64,000 nucleotides of DNA, taken from the NCBI GenBank assembly GCA_964353135.1, contig CAYGTV010000001.1:216217-280216 (forward strand). The letters run 5' to 3'. The notes below the pieces were generated by a model. The model made no database searches. It was not told the origin of the DNA and saw only the letters and a list, made by a program, of their open reading frames with translations. Shown here piece after piece: positions 29,656-37,800 of this stretch; positions within the stretch are counted from its first letter, which is position 1; each line of letters starts with the position of its first letter. Source of the stretch: an uncultured Candidatus Saccharibacteria bacterium (GTDB taxonomy: Bacteria > Patescibacteriota > Minisyncoccia > Phycocordibacterales > UBA918). The position numbers were made by a program, and so were the translations under genes.

Positions 29656-30120
29656 ATGAGTACATTAGTAAATAAGACAGAGGTACGCATCTTGCAAAGC
29701 GTCATGATGATGTCAGTTGTCGTATTCTGTATATTTGTGTGGTGGGCTTCCATGCAGCTGGTGGGTAGCTATTTTGGAGGGTTCTATATTCTAGATTCAT
29801 ACCAAGGCTGGTATGCCGCGGTGTGGCTCGCCGGATACGGATTTATAATTCCCCTGATGATTCTGAAAGAATACGGTTTCAGTTTCGAAAAAATGGAAAT
29901 AGATGATGACGGCGAGTTTGCGAACTCGCCGTCTTTTTATATCTGCTCGATTGCGTACTTGGTTGCATCCTGTATATGCTTGAATCGGTCGCCCATCAGT
30001 TTTACTCCACCAAACCAACGGGTGACGCAGATAATGCAGTCACTCACCTGCTCCTTTTGCATGACTCGGAGGATGACCATTCCAGCACCAGTCTCGCCGT
30101 CGTCGGCTTTGGTTTCATAA
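29656..30120 (+). CDS. small membrane protein, hypothetical; 3' third of called ORF doubtful
   Basis: Good RBS (AAGGAGCAAAGAA-ATG), N-terminal TM helices; ORF reads through a strong + strand terminator at 29908-29940 and overlaps convergent yigZ by ~180 nt. Confidence 0.3.
   Translation: MSTLVNKTEVRILQSVMMMSVVVFCIFVWWASMQLVGSYFGGFYILDSYQGWYAAVWLAGYGFIIPLMILKEYGFSFEKMEIDDDGEFANSPSFYICSIAYLVASCICLNRSPISFTPPNQRVTQIMQSLTCSFCMTRRMTIPAPVSPSSALVS
29908..29940 (+). terminator. rho-independent terminator (GACGGCGAG-loop-CTCGCCGTC + TTTTTAT)
   Basis: 9-bp perfect GC-rich stem plus T-run; also abuts yigZ stop codon. Confidence 0.7.
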
Positions 30121-30362
30121 ATAACCCCTTCGTTACTGATCCGAGCGGCCCATGAATTATGGTCGGCTTTAGCGTATTTTTTATTTTGCTTCAAACGTCG
30201 CAAAAACAGCTTGATATCTTCCCGCCCCTGCACCCGCCCCACCGACACACTGTATCGACTCCCCCGATCCTCAATGATGTGTTCATACAACACAAAATCC
30301 TTAGTTGGAGTCTTTGAGTCTTCAAAATTAAAGCGTGGTGGTTGCATGTTGACATTATACAT
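29937..30362 (-). CDS. yigZ: IMPACT/YigZ family (UPF0029) N-terminal domain protein
   Basis: YEHIIEDRGSRYS...GREDI...AKADHNSWAARIS...DDGETGAG...WFGGVKLMGDRFKHI family pattern. Confidence 0.85.
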   Translation of the reverse strand: MYNVNMQPPRFNFEDSKTPTKDFVLYEHIIEDRGSRYSVSVGRVQGREDIKLFLRRLKQNKKYAKADHNSWAARISNEGVIYETKADDGETGAGMVILRVMQKEQVSDCIICVTRWFGGVKLMGDRFKHIQDATKYAIEQI

Positions 30363-30376
30363 TATATATGTATAAT
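30349..30376 (+). promoter_or_regulatory. sigma70-type promoter TTGACA-16-TATAAT, overlapping the first codons of yigZ on the opposite strand
   Basis: Perfect consensus hexamers; sequence closely resembles promoter at 29599. Confidence 0.55.
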
Positions 30377-30407
30377 ATAAAAGATTAAATTTGTACAGGA
30401 GATCAGA

Positions 30408-30653
30408 ATGGATAACATCAAGAGCTTAGATAATTCTAGCGTGGCTTTGAATTTTTCTGAAGGGCTGTGGAACATTTTTGCAACGTCGATGACAGCTGTT
30501 ATCGCCACGCATTTTTTCGCAAATGCCACTGAAGTCAACTTGGAAGAAGTTTCAAGGTTTCAATTCATGTTCATGGTGGCTTTCTTCATCCCTCTGTTTG
30601 GACCAATGATCATTTGGTTTCAAAAGGCGTTGAAGAAATACATACACAGCTGA
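30408..30653 (+). CDS. hypothetical small protein (81 aa)
   Basis: ACAGGAGATCAGA-ATG RBS; two hydrophobic segments. Confidence 0.45.
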   Translation: MDNIKSLDNSSVALNFSEGLWNIFATSMTAVIATHFFANATEVNLEEVSRFQFMFMVAFFIPLFGPMIIWFQKALKKYIHS

Positions 30654-30834
30654 TACAAACGGCCGGTGTGGAAATCCTCCACCCCGGCCGTTAGTCTTTA
30701 TAGCGTCAAGTTTCTAATTCACTGCGTTCATAAGAACTTACTGCCCTGACTCGCGATTCGTCGCGCTAGGAATCGCGCTTCTCATAACGCTCCGTCTCAT
30801 TTAGGTTAAAAATCCTCACGGATTTTCTTAACAC

Positions 30835-31890
30835 CTAAATGCCCTCTCCTTGCAGTTCCTCAACCAACTTCCGTGCTTTCTTAGATAATTTCTTTGGTGT
30901 TTCGACTGAGACACGCACCATGAAGTCTCCGCGTCCTCGATCACTAGGGACGCCTTTTTCTTTGATGCGGATCATTTCGCCGTGACTGACTCCAGCGGGG
31001 ATTTTGATGTCTACGTTTCCGTCTAGAGTTTCAACTGTGTATGTGGCACCTAGTAGTGCGTCGGTTAGTTTGATTGGTAGGACACTCGATAGGGTCGATC
31101 CATCACGCTTGATGGTTTTGTGTGACTCCGCGTGGATTTTGATATAGAGGTCACCTGGCTGTCCGTTGGGGATCGCTTCCCCGCGGCCTGTCATCCGGAT
31201 CACTTCCCCATTTTGAATACCAGCTGGGATTTTGATGCCGATTTCTTCTTCTTTGCGCGCTACACCAGCTCCAGCACAGGCACCACAGCGTTCTTTAGGA
31301 ATCTTGCCTCGACCATTACAGGTATTACATTCACGGACAGTAGTAAAGCTACCCATGATGCTCTGACGTTGCTCACGCACGCGTCCTTGGCCATTACAGG
31401 TAGTGCAGGTGTCCATGCTGGTTCCTGGTTTTGCTCCGCTTCCACTACAGGTATCACACTCGCTGTTTTTGGTTAGGAGAACCTTACGAGTCACACCAAA
31501 TACAGCTTCCTCAAATTTGAGGTTAATGTCGATCGAGATGTCACGTCCACGCTGTTGTTGTTGACCACCGCCACCACCAAAGCCAAACTGAGAAAAGATA
31601 TCGTTGATATCAAATTCAAATCCACCAGCTTGACCACCAAAGGGGTTCCCTCCACCAAATGGATTGCCGCCACCTGCTCCATTGAAAGACTGTCCGTAGG
31701 TGTCGTACTCGGCCTTCTTTTTGTCGTCACCAAGCACTGCGTACGCTTCGGTTACTTCTTTGTACTTTTCTTCGTCACCAGTTTTCTTGTCCGGGTGATA
31801 CTGAGCGGCTTTTTTTCGAAACGCTTTTTTAACCTCGTCTTTCGACGCGCCTTTCTGTAGTCCTAGGATTTCATAGTAGTCTTTGCTCAT
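30835..31890 (-). CDS. dnaJ: molecular chaperone DnaJ
   Basis: J-domain with HPD motif (AAQYHPDKK), G/F-rich linker, four CxxCxGxG zinc-finger repeats. Confidence 0.9.
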   Translation of the reverse strand: MSKDYYEILGLQKGASKDEVKKAFRKKAAQYHPDKKTGDEEKYKEVTEAYAVLGDDKKKAEYDTYGQSFNGAGGGNPFGGGNPFGGQAGGFEFDINDIFSQFGFGGGGGQQQQRGRDISIDINLKFEEAVFGVTRKVLLTKNSECDTCSGSGAKPGTSMDTCTTCNGQGRVREQRQSIMGSFTTVRECNTCNGRGKIPKERCGACAGAGVARKEEEIGIKIPAGIQNGEVIRMTGRGEAIPNGQPGDLYIKIHAESHKTIKRDGSTLSSVLPIKLTDALLGATYTVETLDGNVDIKIPAGVSHGEMIRIKEKGVPSDRGRGDFMVRVSVETPKKLSKKARKLVEELQGEGI

Positions 31891-32080
31891 AGTTGTTTTT
31901 AAATTCGTTGTTAGCTTGAAGTATCTTGGGTCGATACTCAGTGAGTAGTGACTATGTGCGGGTGGGTTTGGCTGGGGCGCACAAGGAGCGTAGGAACTGA
32001 GGATTGATACAAGATGGTTTAAGCCGGTTAGTTACCAAGCTTTAGCGTAAGTAGAAATAATCCTACTTACTAAAAACTTA

Positions 32081-33985
32081 CTATTTCTTATCCTCCTCCT
32101 CTTTCACCTCTTCGGCTTCATGCACGGTTGGTTCGTCATCCTTTTTTTCAGCACCGTCTGCTGAACCAGTCTGTGCTGCTTCAGCTGCTTTTTGCATAAT
32201 TTCACCAATCTTTTGTAGTGATTCTGAGAGTGCTTCGACTGAACTGTCGATGGCGGCTTTATCGTCGCCACCTTTGGCTTCGTTTACAGCTTTAATTTTT
32301 GTTTCAATTTCCTCTTTGATATCAGCTGGTACTTCAGCCGCGTGATCTTTGAGTGATTTCTCGGCTGTGTACACTAGTTGTTCAGCTAGGTTGCGAGCTT
32401 CGATTAGTTCTTTTTTCTTGGCGTCTTCACCAGCGTGTTCTTCGGCCTCTTTTTTCATCTTTTCGATGTCTTCTTCTGATAAGCCTGAGTTAGCTTCGAT
32501 GCGGATTGATTGCTCTTTGCCAGTTGATTTGTCTTTGGCGGTTACATTTAATACACCGTTACTGTCAACATCAAATGTCACCTCTACCTGTGGCACTCCA
32601 CGCGGTGCTGGTGGGATGCCGTCTAGTACAAATTTCCCAAGTGATTTGTTGTCTGCTGCCATTGGTCGTTCTCCTTGAACGATATGGATTTCAGTTGAGG
32701 TTTGATTGTCAGCTGCTGTCGAGAACACCTGCGATTTCTTGGTCGGGATGTGGGTGTTTTTCTCGATCAGTTTAGTGGCAACACTTCCCATTGTTTCAAT
32801 TGAAAGCGAAAGCGGGATCACGTCTACGAGCGTAATGTCTTGGACGTCACCTTGGAAAATACCAGCTTGGATGGCTGCTCCAAGTGCCACCACCTCGTCT
32901 GGGTTGATTGATCGGTTTGGTTCTTTTCCAAATAGTTCCTTGACGGCATTTTGAATAGCAGGCATCCGCGTCTGTCCACCTACAAGAATCACTTCGTCTA
33001 TGTCTTCTTTTTTAACTCCAGCTGCTTCGAGGGCTCGTTTGGTGATCTCGATTGACTTGTCGACGTACTCGTGTGCCAACTCTTCTAGTTTGGCTCGCGT
33101 GAGGGTCATGTCAAAGTGGAGTGGGCCATCTGATCCTTGTGAGATAAATGGGATGTTGATGTTCGATTCAGTAGTGCTTGAGAGCTCTAATTTGGCCTTC
33201 TCAGCGGCTTCATCAAGTCGTTGTAGAGCTAGTTTGTCTTTACCTAAATCAACACCTTGTTCCTTCTTGAAGGAGTCAATCAGGTGGCGCACAATCGCTT
33301 GATCGATGTCTCGACCTCCCATGTGAGCGTTACCGTCAGTTGCTTGCACTTCTACCACGTCGTCCCCTACTTCGAGGATCGTCACGTCAAATGTTCCACC
33401 TCCAAAGTCGTATACCGCGATTTTTTCTTCCGCTTTTTTATTAAATCCGTATGCGAGGGCCGCTGCTGTCGGTTCGTTGATGATTCGCTTGACGTCTAGT
33501 CCAGCGATCTTCCCGGCGTCTTGTGTCGCTTTTCGTTGAGAGTCATTAAAGTATGCTGGTACGGTGATAACTGCTTCGGTGATTTTCTCACCTAGCTTTG
33601 CCTCTGCGTCGGCTTTTAGTTTCGACAGGATCATCGCTGATACTTCTTCTGGTCGGTAGTCTTTACCATCGAGTTCGACCATCACTCCGCCTGTTTCACT
33701 TTTCTTGATGGTGTACGGTACAACGTCGATGTCTTTCTGGACAACTTCGTCGGTAAAGTCGTGACCCATGAATCGCTTGATTCCGTAGATGGTGTTGGTT
33801 GGGTTAGTTACCGCTTGTCGCTTGGCGATTTGTCCAACGAGGCGTTCGTTGGTTTTAGAAATAGCCACAATCGATGGTGTGGTCCTTGTTCCCTCACTGT
33901 TTTCAATAATTTTTGGTTCACCAGCTTCGATCACAGCGATCGCAGAGTTGGTTGTTCCAAGGTCGATTCCTAGTATCTTTGCCAT
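32081..33985 (-). CDS. dnaK: molecular chaperone DnaK (Hsp70)
   Basis: [17 protein letters not shown], substrate-binding domain, acidic C-terminus. Confidence 0.95.
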   Translation of the reverse strand: MAKILGIDLGTTNSAIAVIEAGEPKIIENSEGTRTTPSIVAISKTNERLVGQIAKRQAVTNPTNTIYGIKRFMGHDFTDEVVQKDIDVVPYTIKKSETGGVMVELDGKDYRPEEVSAMILSKLKADAEAKLGEKITEAVITVPAYFNDSQRKATQDAGKIAGLDVKRIINEPTAAALAYGFNKKAEEKIAVYDFGGGTFDVTILEVGDDVVEVQATDGNAHMGGRDIDQAIVRHLIDSFKKEQGVDLGKDKLALQRLDEAAEKAKLELSSTTESNINIPFISQGSDGPLHFDMTLTRAKLEELAHEYVDKSIEITKRALEAAGVKKEDIDEVILVGGQTRMPAIQNAVKELFGKEPNRSINPDEVVALGAAIQAGIFQGDVQDITLVDVIPLSLSIETMGSVATKLIEKNTHIPTKKSQVFSTAADNQTSTEIHIVQGERPMAADNKSLGKFVLDGIPPAPRGVPQVEVTFDVDSNGVLNVTAKDKSTGKEQSIRIEANSGLSEEDIEKMKKEAEEHAGEDAKKKELIEARNLAEQLVYTAEKSLKDHAAEVPADIKEEIETKIKAVNEAKGGDDKAAIDSSVEALSESLQKIGEIMQKAAEAAQTGSADGAEKKDDEPTVHEAEEVKEEEDKK

Positions 33986-34016
33986 ATTTCAAATAATTAT
34001 ATTTCCAATTTACTTT

Positions 34017-34610
34017 TTACTTTGCTACTCCAATAGTCACTCGGGCGGGGCGTAATGCTCGTTTCTCGTCGCCTTTTACTATCTGATACCCAAGCTGCAT
34101 AACTGAGAGGATTTTATCTACCAGGTCGTCGTCTACTGGTTCGGTATGTATTGCTTCGTGCAGGTTGGGGTCAAATGTTTCTCCTGTTGGATCAACTGAT
34201 TCCACTCCCCCATCGCGCAGTACCTGTAGTAGTTGGGCATAAATACCCTCAATCCCTTTACGCCAGTTTTCGTCAGCCTTCTCCCACACCTCTTTATTAC
34301 TCATCGCCATCGCAAAACTGTCAGCGAGCGGGAGTAGGTTTTCGAGATGTTGGTTGGTTTTACGTTCGATAGTTCTGATACTTTCTTCCTCCAGTCGTTT
34401 GCGGGCATTGAGAAAATCAGCTTTAACTGATGCAAGTTCTTCTAAGGCTGCTCGTTTATCTTCTTCTGCTCGTTTTAGTTTGTCTCGTAATTTTTTCAGT
34501 TTGTTTTCTTCAGCGTCTTCAATTTCAGTAATTTCCGGTTCCATCGTGTCTGTCTGTTCGTCGGTGATCTCTTCCAGTTCCTCGTTGTTTTCAATGTCTT
34601 TTTTCACCAT
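34017..34610 (-). CDS. grpE: nucleotide exchange factor GrpE
   Basis: Acidic N-terminus, coiled-coil, C-terminal GYQIVKGD...RPARVTIGV GrpE pattern; upstream of dnaK. Confidence 0.85.
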   Translation of the reverse strand: MVKKDIENNEELEEITDEQTDTMEPEITEIEDAEENKLKKLRDKLKRAEEDKRAALEELASVKADFLNARKRLEEESIRTIERKTNQHLENLLPLADSFAMAMSNKEVWEKADENWRKGIEGIYAQLLQVLRDGGVESVDPTGETFDPNLHEAIHTEPVDDDLVDKILSVMQLGYQIVKGDEKRALRPARVTIGVAK

Positions 34611-34618
34611 ACCTTTGC

Positions 34619-34647
34619 ATTATAAATCCAAATGGGGTCTGTGTAAA
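34619..34647 (-). promoter_or_regulatory. sigma70-type promoter TTTACA-17-TATAAT for grpE-dnaK-dnaJ
   Basis: Read on minus strand; consensus -10 TATAAT ending 8 nt before the grpE ATG (leaderless-like geometry, no 5' UTR for an SD); no CIRCE element seen. Confidence 0.6.
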
Positions 34648-34655
34648 GGGATATG

Positions 34656-34696
34656 AAAAAGGCGCCTCATCGGCGCCTTTTTGTTGTTGTTTTTTC
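34656..34696. terminator. bidirectional rho-independent terminator (AAAAA-GGCGCC-TCATC-GGCGCC-TTTTTGTTGTTGTTTTTT)
   Basis: Symmetric hairpin flanked by A-run and T-run; stop codon of ORF 34667..34888 lies in its loop. Confidence 0.7.
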
Positions 34697-34888
34697 GTAA
34701 ACCGATGTAGCATCTTCTACTGACTTAAACACAAACGTGAGTGTGGTTAATCCATCGTCAGTACATTGTGCGTAGTCAGGTTGTTGAGCATCTTGTTTAA
34801 GCGCAAGCGCTTTTAGTTGATACAGCAGCACATGATCTGTGATTGCAGTGGCTGTAATTTCAGCCCGGAATATTGATACCAGTAACAT
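34667..34888 (-). CDS. hypothetical small protein (73 aa, ends KRRR)
   Basis: GAGGAG RBS 7 nt before ATG; own promoter with operator-like repeats. Confidence 0.5.
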   Translation of the reverse strand: MLLVSIFRAEITATAITDHVLLYQLKALALKQDAQQPDYAQCTDDGLTTLTFVFKSVEDATSVYEKTTTKRRR

Positions 34889-34913
34889 CCTAAACTCCTC
34901 TGTTTCGCTGTCG

Positions 34914-34983
34914 ATAATACCAGAACCTCCTAATTAATCAAGATTACCAAGGTGACACCTTGGTAATGACACCTTGGTAATGA
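34914..34983 (-). promoter_or_regulatory. promoter (TTGATT-16-TATTAT) with three abutting copies of 13-mer ATTACCAAGGTGA (two direct, one inverted), candidate operator
   Basis: Plus-strand text ATTACCAAGGTGACACCTTGGTAATGACACCTTGGTAATGA immediately upstream of -35; central perfect 9-bp palindrome ACCAAGGTG-T-CACCTTGGT. Confidence 0.5.
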
Positions 34984-35012
34984 AAAGAAAACGCCCCGAA
35001 CCGTGGGGCGGT
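34982..35012 (-). terminator. rho-independent terminator for 35035..35238 ORF
   Basis: Minus-strand CGCCCC-ACGGTTC-GGGGCG followed by TTTTCTTTTC. Confidence 0.55.
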
Positions 35013-35034
35013 TTCGAAGGCGGTATAGTGCAGA

Positions 35035-35238
35035 TCAGACGCTGTTCGGTACATGCTGTGTTCTGAATGGCAAGATCTGTTCTGCCGTCTGACTGAACTT
35101 CAGACAGTTTCTTCCGTCAGAAAGAATTGTCCGCTTGACTTCTGATGAGCAGAACTTGGTTGCCACTTCAGCAACCTCACTCAGATCCCCAGAAGAAATA
35201 ATTGTTACACCAAAGTGAGATTCCGTTGGTTTCGTCAT
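35035..35238 (-). CDS. hypothetical small protein (67 aa)
   Basis: Strong RBS AAGGAGTGAACCT-ATG; followed by terminator. Confidence 0.5.
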   Translation of the reverse strand: MTKPTESHFGVTIISSGDLSEVAEVATKFCSSEVKRTILSDGRNCLKFSQTAEQILPFRTQHVPNSV

Positions 35239-35396
35239 AGGTTCACTCCTTTTCCTGATTTGAAAGTATCACAAGTAATGATTTACGCAACCCTGATATC
35301 TAAACTAGAAAAACGAGATGAGATGCGAGGAAGACAATGAAAAAGCGCCGACCGGGACAGGTGTCCAGCTGCGTATACAAATTTTGTTACATAACA

Positions 35397-35519
35397 ATAA
35401 AACCACCCGTACTTGGGTGGTTCCACTGGACGCCTGTCACTAGACTGACGTTCTTCCTCCTATCGTCCCGCCTAGACGGCATGGACGATTCCCAGCTCAC
35501 GCTGGGATCGGAGTAAACG
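35397..35519 (-). ncRNA. candidate structured small RNA, copy 2 of a tandem paralogous pair; ends in intrinsic terminator
   Basis: Shares with 35520..35635 the order: TCCGATC, GNRA-capped hairpin, 7-bp stem enclosing GCCGTCTAGGC loop, AGGAGG, GTCCA..GGAACC, terminator hairpin CCACCC-AAGTAC-GGGTGG+TTTT; stems covary between copies. Confidence 0.5.
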
Positions 35520-35635
35520 AAAACCACCTGTGATAGGTGGTTCCGTTGGACGTAATTACATGATGTAATGTTTGTTCCCTCCTATTCTCTTGCCTAGACG
35601 GCAGCGAGAATTCTGGACTCACTTCCAGATCGGAC
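35520..35635 (-). ncRNA. candidate structured small RNA, copy 1 of tandem pair; ends in intrinsic terminator CCACCT-ATCAC-AGGTGG+TTTT
   Basis: See copy 2; compensatory changes (CCACCC/GGGTGG vs CCACCT/AGGTGG; ATCGTCC/GGACGAT vs ATTCTC/GAGAAT) preserve base pairing. Confidence 0.5.
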
Positions 35636-35659
35636 AAAACGATAAACTGTTATCGTTTT
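35636..35659 (-). terminator. perfect palindromic terminator AAAACGATAA-CAGT-TTATCGTTTT overlapping rpsI stop codon
   Basis: 10-bp stem, last rpsI codons (K R stop) form the 5' arm. Confidence 0.65.
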
Positions 35660-36051
35660 GACCAAGCTGCTCGTTTTCGAGCTTTTCGTAGTCCCGGCTT
35701 CTTTCGTTCTACTGAACGTGGGTCTCGTTTGAGGAACCCTAGTACTTTGAGCACCCCTCGGCGTTCCACCTTCTCTTTTACAAGAGCTCGAGCGATACCG
35801 AGTCGGATTGCTTCAGCTTGAGCTGAGATACCTCCCCCGTTCACTTTTGCTGTGATCGTGTAGTTCTCGATTCCAGCGTCTTTGGTTTCAAGTACTGACA
35901 TGACGTCTTTTTGTAGAGCAAGTACTGGGAAGTAGTCTTCTAGTGGCTTGTCATTTACTACAACAGATGTTTTATCAGACTGTGTAAGTCGCACTCGAGC
36001 TGACGCTGTTTTACGTCGGCCGATGCCTTCAATGTATTTTGAATCAGCCAT
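35650..36051 (-). CDS. rpsI: 30S ribosomal protein S9
   Basis: C-terminal ...RKARKRAAWSKR typical of S9; follows rplM. Confidence 0.9.
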   Translation of the reverse strand: MADSKYIEGIGRRKTASARVRLTQSDKTSVVVNDKPLEDYFPVLALQKDVMSVLETKDAGIENYTITAKVNGGGISAQAEAIRLGIARALVKEKVERRGVLKVLGFLKRDPRSVERKKPGLRKARKRAAWSKR

Positions 36052-36052
36052 A

Positions 36053-36433
36053 TTACTCAGTGATAATTAGTTGTTTTAAAAGTCGTTTTTTGTGCTTGTT
36101 GTTTGGAAGCATACCTCCAACAGTTCGCTTCAAAACTTCGCCTATTCCCCGTCGTACTCGAAGGTGTTCCAAAGTTTCTGTGCTTCGCCCCCCTGGGTAA
36201 CCAGAAAAAGACTGATAGATTTCCTCCTTCTTTTTTTCTGGGATATCAAGTTTATCGGCATTTTCAATGGTGACAACAACGTCAGACATTTCGTGCTTTG
36301 CAAAATCAGCTTTGTTTTTACCCATAAGGATAGTTGCAGCTTCAGTCGCTACTCTACCCATTCGCTTGTCAGTGGCGTCGATAGTGTGGGTGTCCCCAGT
36401 AGTCTTTTTGAATGATTCGATTTTTTTAGTCAT
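36053..36433 (-). CDS. rplM: 50S ribosomal protein L13
   Basis: L13-like sequence (MGRVATEAATILMGKNK...VVVTIENADK). Confidence 0.9.
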   Translation of the reverse strand: MTKKIESFKKTTGDTHTIDATDKRMGRVATEAATILMGKNKADFAKHEMSDVVVTIENADKLDIPEKKKEEIYQSFSGYPGGRSTETLEHLRVRRGIGEVLKRTVGGMLPNNKHKKRLLKQLIITE

Positions 36434-36445
36434 AAGCAGATAGAT

Positions 36446-36799
36446 TTAAGCGACAAATTCGATTACCGCTTCCTGTCGACCAGCTGTTTGACCAAGTTTA
36501 ATCACACGTGTGTATCCGCCGTTTCGCTCTGCAAACTTTGGAGCAATTTCGGTGAATAGTTTTGTGATTGTTGTGTCGGTCGGCTCACCAAGCTTGCTCG
36601 CAACATGCCGGCGCGCAGCAACGCTATCAGTTTTAGCGTGTGTTACTAACCGCTCGATGGTCGGTTGGATTTCTTTAGCTTTTGCCAAAGTGGTAGTGAT
36701 TTGACCGTCTCGGATGAGAGACACAGACAAGCCACGCAGCAATGCTGTACGTTGTGAGCGTGATCGTCCTAGGGTTCGGTTCTTTTTAGCGTGTTGCAT
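36446..36799 (-). CDS. rplQ: 50S ribosomal protein L17
   Basis: MQHAKKNRTLGRSRSQRTALLRGL...TTLAKAKE L17 signature. Confidence 0.9.
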   Translation of the reverse strand: MQHAKKNRTLGRSRSQRTALLRGLSVSLIRDGQITTTLAKAKEIQPTIERLVTHAKTDSVAARRHVASKLGEPTDTTITKLFTEIAPKFAERNGGYTRVIKLGQTAGRQEAVIEFVA

Positions 36800-36804
36800 A
36801 ATAA

Positions 36805-37764
36805 TTAGGCTTCAAGAGTGAGGTTCATCTTCCCAAGGAGTTGTTCCACTTCTTCTACTCCTTTTGGTCCGATGCCGTCGAGCGCTAGAATATCATCTTT
36901 TTTCTTTCTGACAAGACCTCCGATGGTTCGAATACTCGCTTCTTCGAGTGCTTGTAGCGTTCGGGCTGATAAATCAAGAGTCTCAATTCGAGTCTTGAGT
37001 ACTTCTGGATCTGGTTCTTCTGTTTTTTCTTGCGTTTCTGCTGGCGTTTCCTGTTTTGGTTCTTCAGTGTGCTCTTGGAATCCGATCACAGCTTTTAGCT
37101 GGTGGATCATGACCTCGATAGATTTCTCAAGCGCTTCACGAGCACTGTATGTGCCGTCGGTTTCAATTACCATTCGGAGTCGGTTGTAATCAGTTCGGTC
37201 TCCAACACGCATGTTTTCTACTTCGTAGTTAGCGCGTCGGATAGGTGTAAAGACTGCATCAAGAGCAATAGTTCCGATTTCAACCTTGTCTTTTTGGTGT
37301 ACTTCTCGTGGTACGTAACCAAGGCCGTTTTCTACAGTGATCTCCATGTTGAGTTTTGCAGTCTTGTTGGTGATCTCAGCGATGTGTTGCTCAGGGTTGA
37401 GGATCTCGACCTGTGATGGCGCTACAAGGTCGCCTGCTGTGATTGAACCAGTACCAGAAGACTTGAGTGTTACTGTCATTGGTTCGTTACCATGGAGCTG
37501 CAAACGCACACGTCGTAGGTTTAGGAGAATAGTTAGTACATCTTCTTTAACTCCGGCTAGAGTTGAGAATTCATGTTCTACCCCGTCAATTTTGACTTGT
37601 GTGATAGCTGCACCTGGAAGTGACGATAGGATGATTCGGCGTAGAGAGTTACCAAGAGTGTGTCCGTACCCAGGGTACAGACCATCGATTTCAAAGACTC
37701 CTTTGAACCCTTCTTCGCTAACCACTCGTGGCTTTGATGGTAGTGTGACGTTTGTTTCCAACAT
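36805..37764 (-). CDS. rpoA: DNA-directed RNA polymerase subunit alpha
   Basis: N-terminal dimerisation domain and C-terminal CTD; position between rpsD and rplQ. Confidence 0.9.
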   Translation of the reverse strand: MLETNVTLPSKPRVVSEEGFKGVFEIDGLYPGYGHTLGNSLRRIILSSLPGAAITQVKIDGVEHEFSTLAGVKEDVLTILLNLRRVRLQLHGNEPMTVTLKSSGTGSITAGDLVAPSQVEILNPEQHIAEITNKTAKLNMEITVENGLGYVPREVHQKDKVEIGTIALDAVFTPIRRANYEVENMRVGDRTDYNRLRMVIETDGTYSAREALEKSIEVMIHQLKAVIGFQEHTEEPKQETPAETQEKTEEPDPEVLKTRIETLDLSARTLQALEEASIRTIGGLVRKKKDDILALDGIGPKGVEEVEQLLGKMNLTLEA

Positions 37765-37800
37765 AATGCAATTGATTATTTTTACTAATTACTACTATTC

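Noticed and set aside
32349-33499. Several + strand ORFs of 80-110 aa inside dnaK, and similar antisense ORFs inside gltX, M23, alaS, leuS and rpoA
   Set aside because: They are entirely antisense to well-supported conserved genes, Ser/Cys-rich and low-complexity, so they are spurious.
34611-34660. CIRCE/HrcA operator upstream of grpE
   Set aside because: No TTAGCACTC-N9-GAGTGCTAA-like inverted repeat is present.
35397-35635. Reading the tandem elements as a small protein gene (a stop-free frame crosses both units on the minus strand)
   Set aside because: No acceptable start codon at proper distance from the AGGAGG, and the substitutions between copies are base-pair compensatory rather than codon-conservative, so RNA-level function is favoured.
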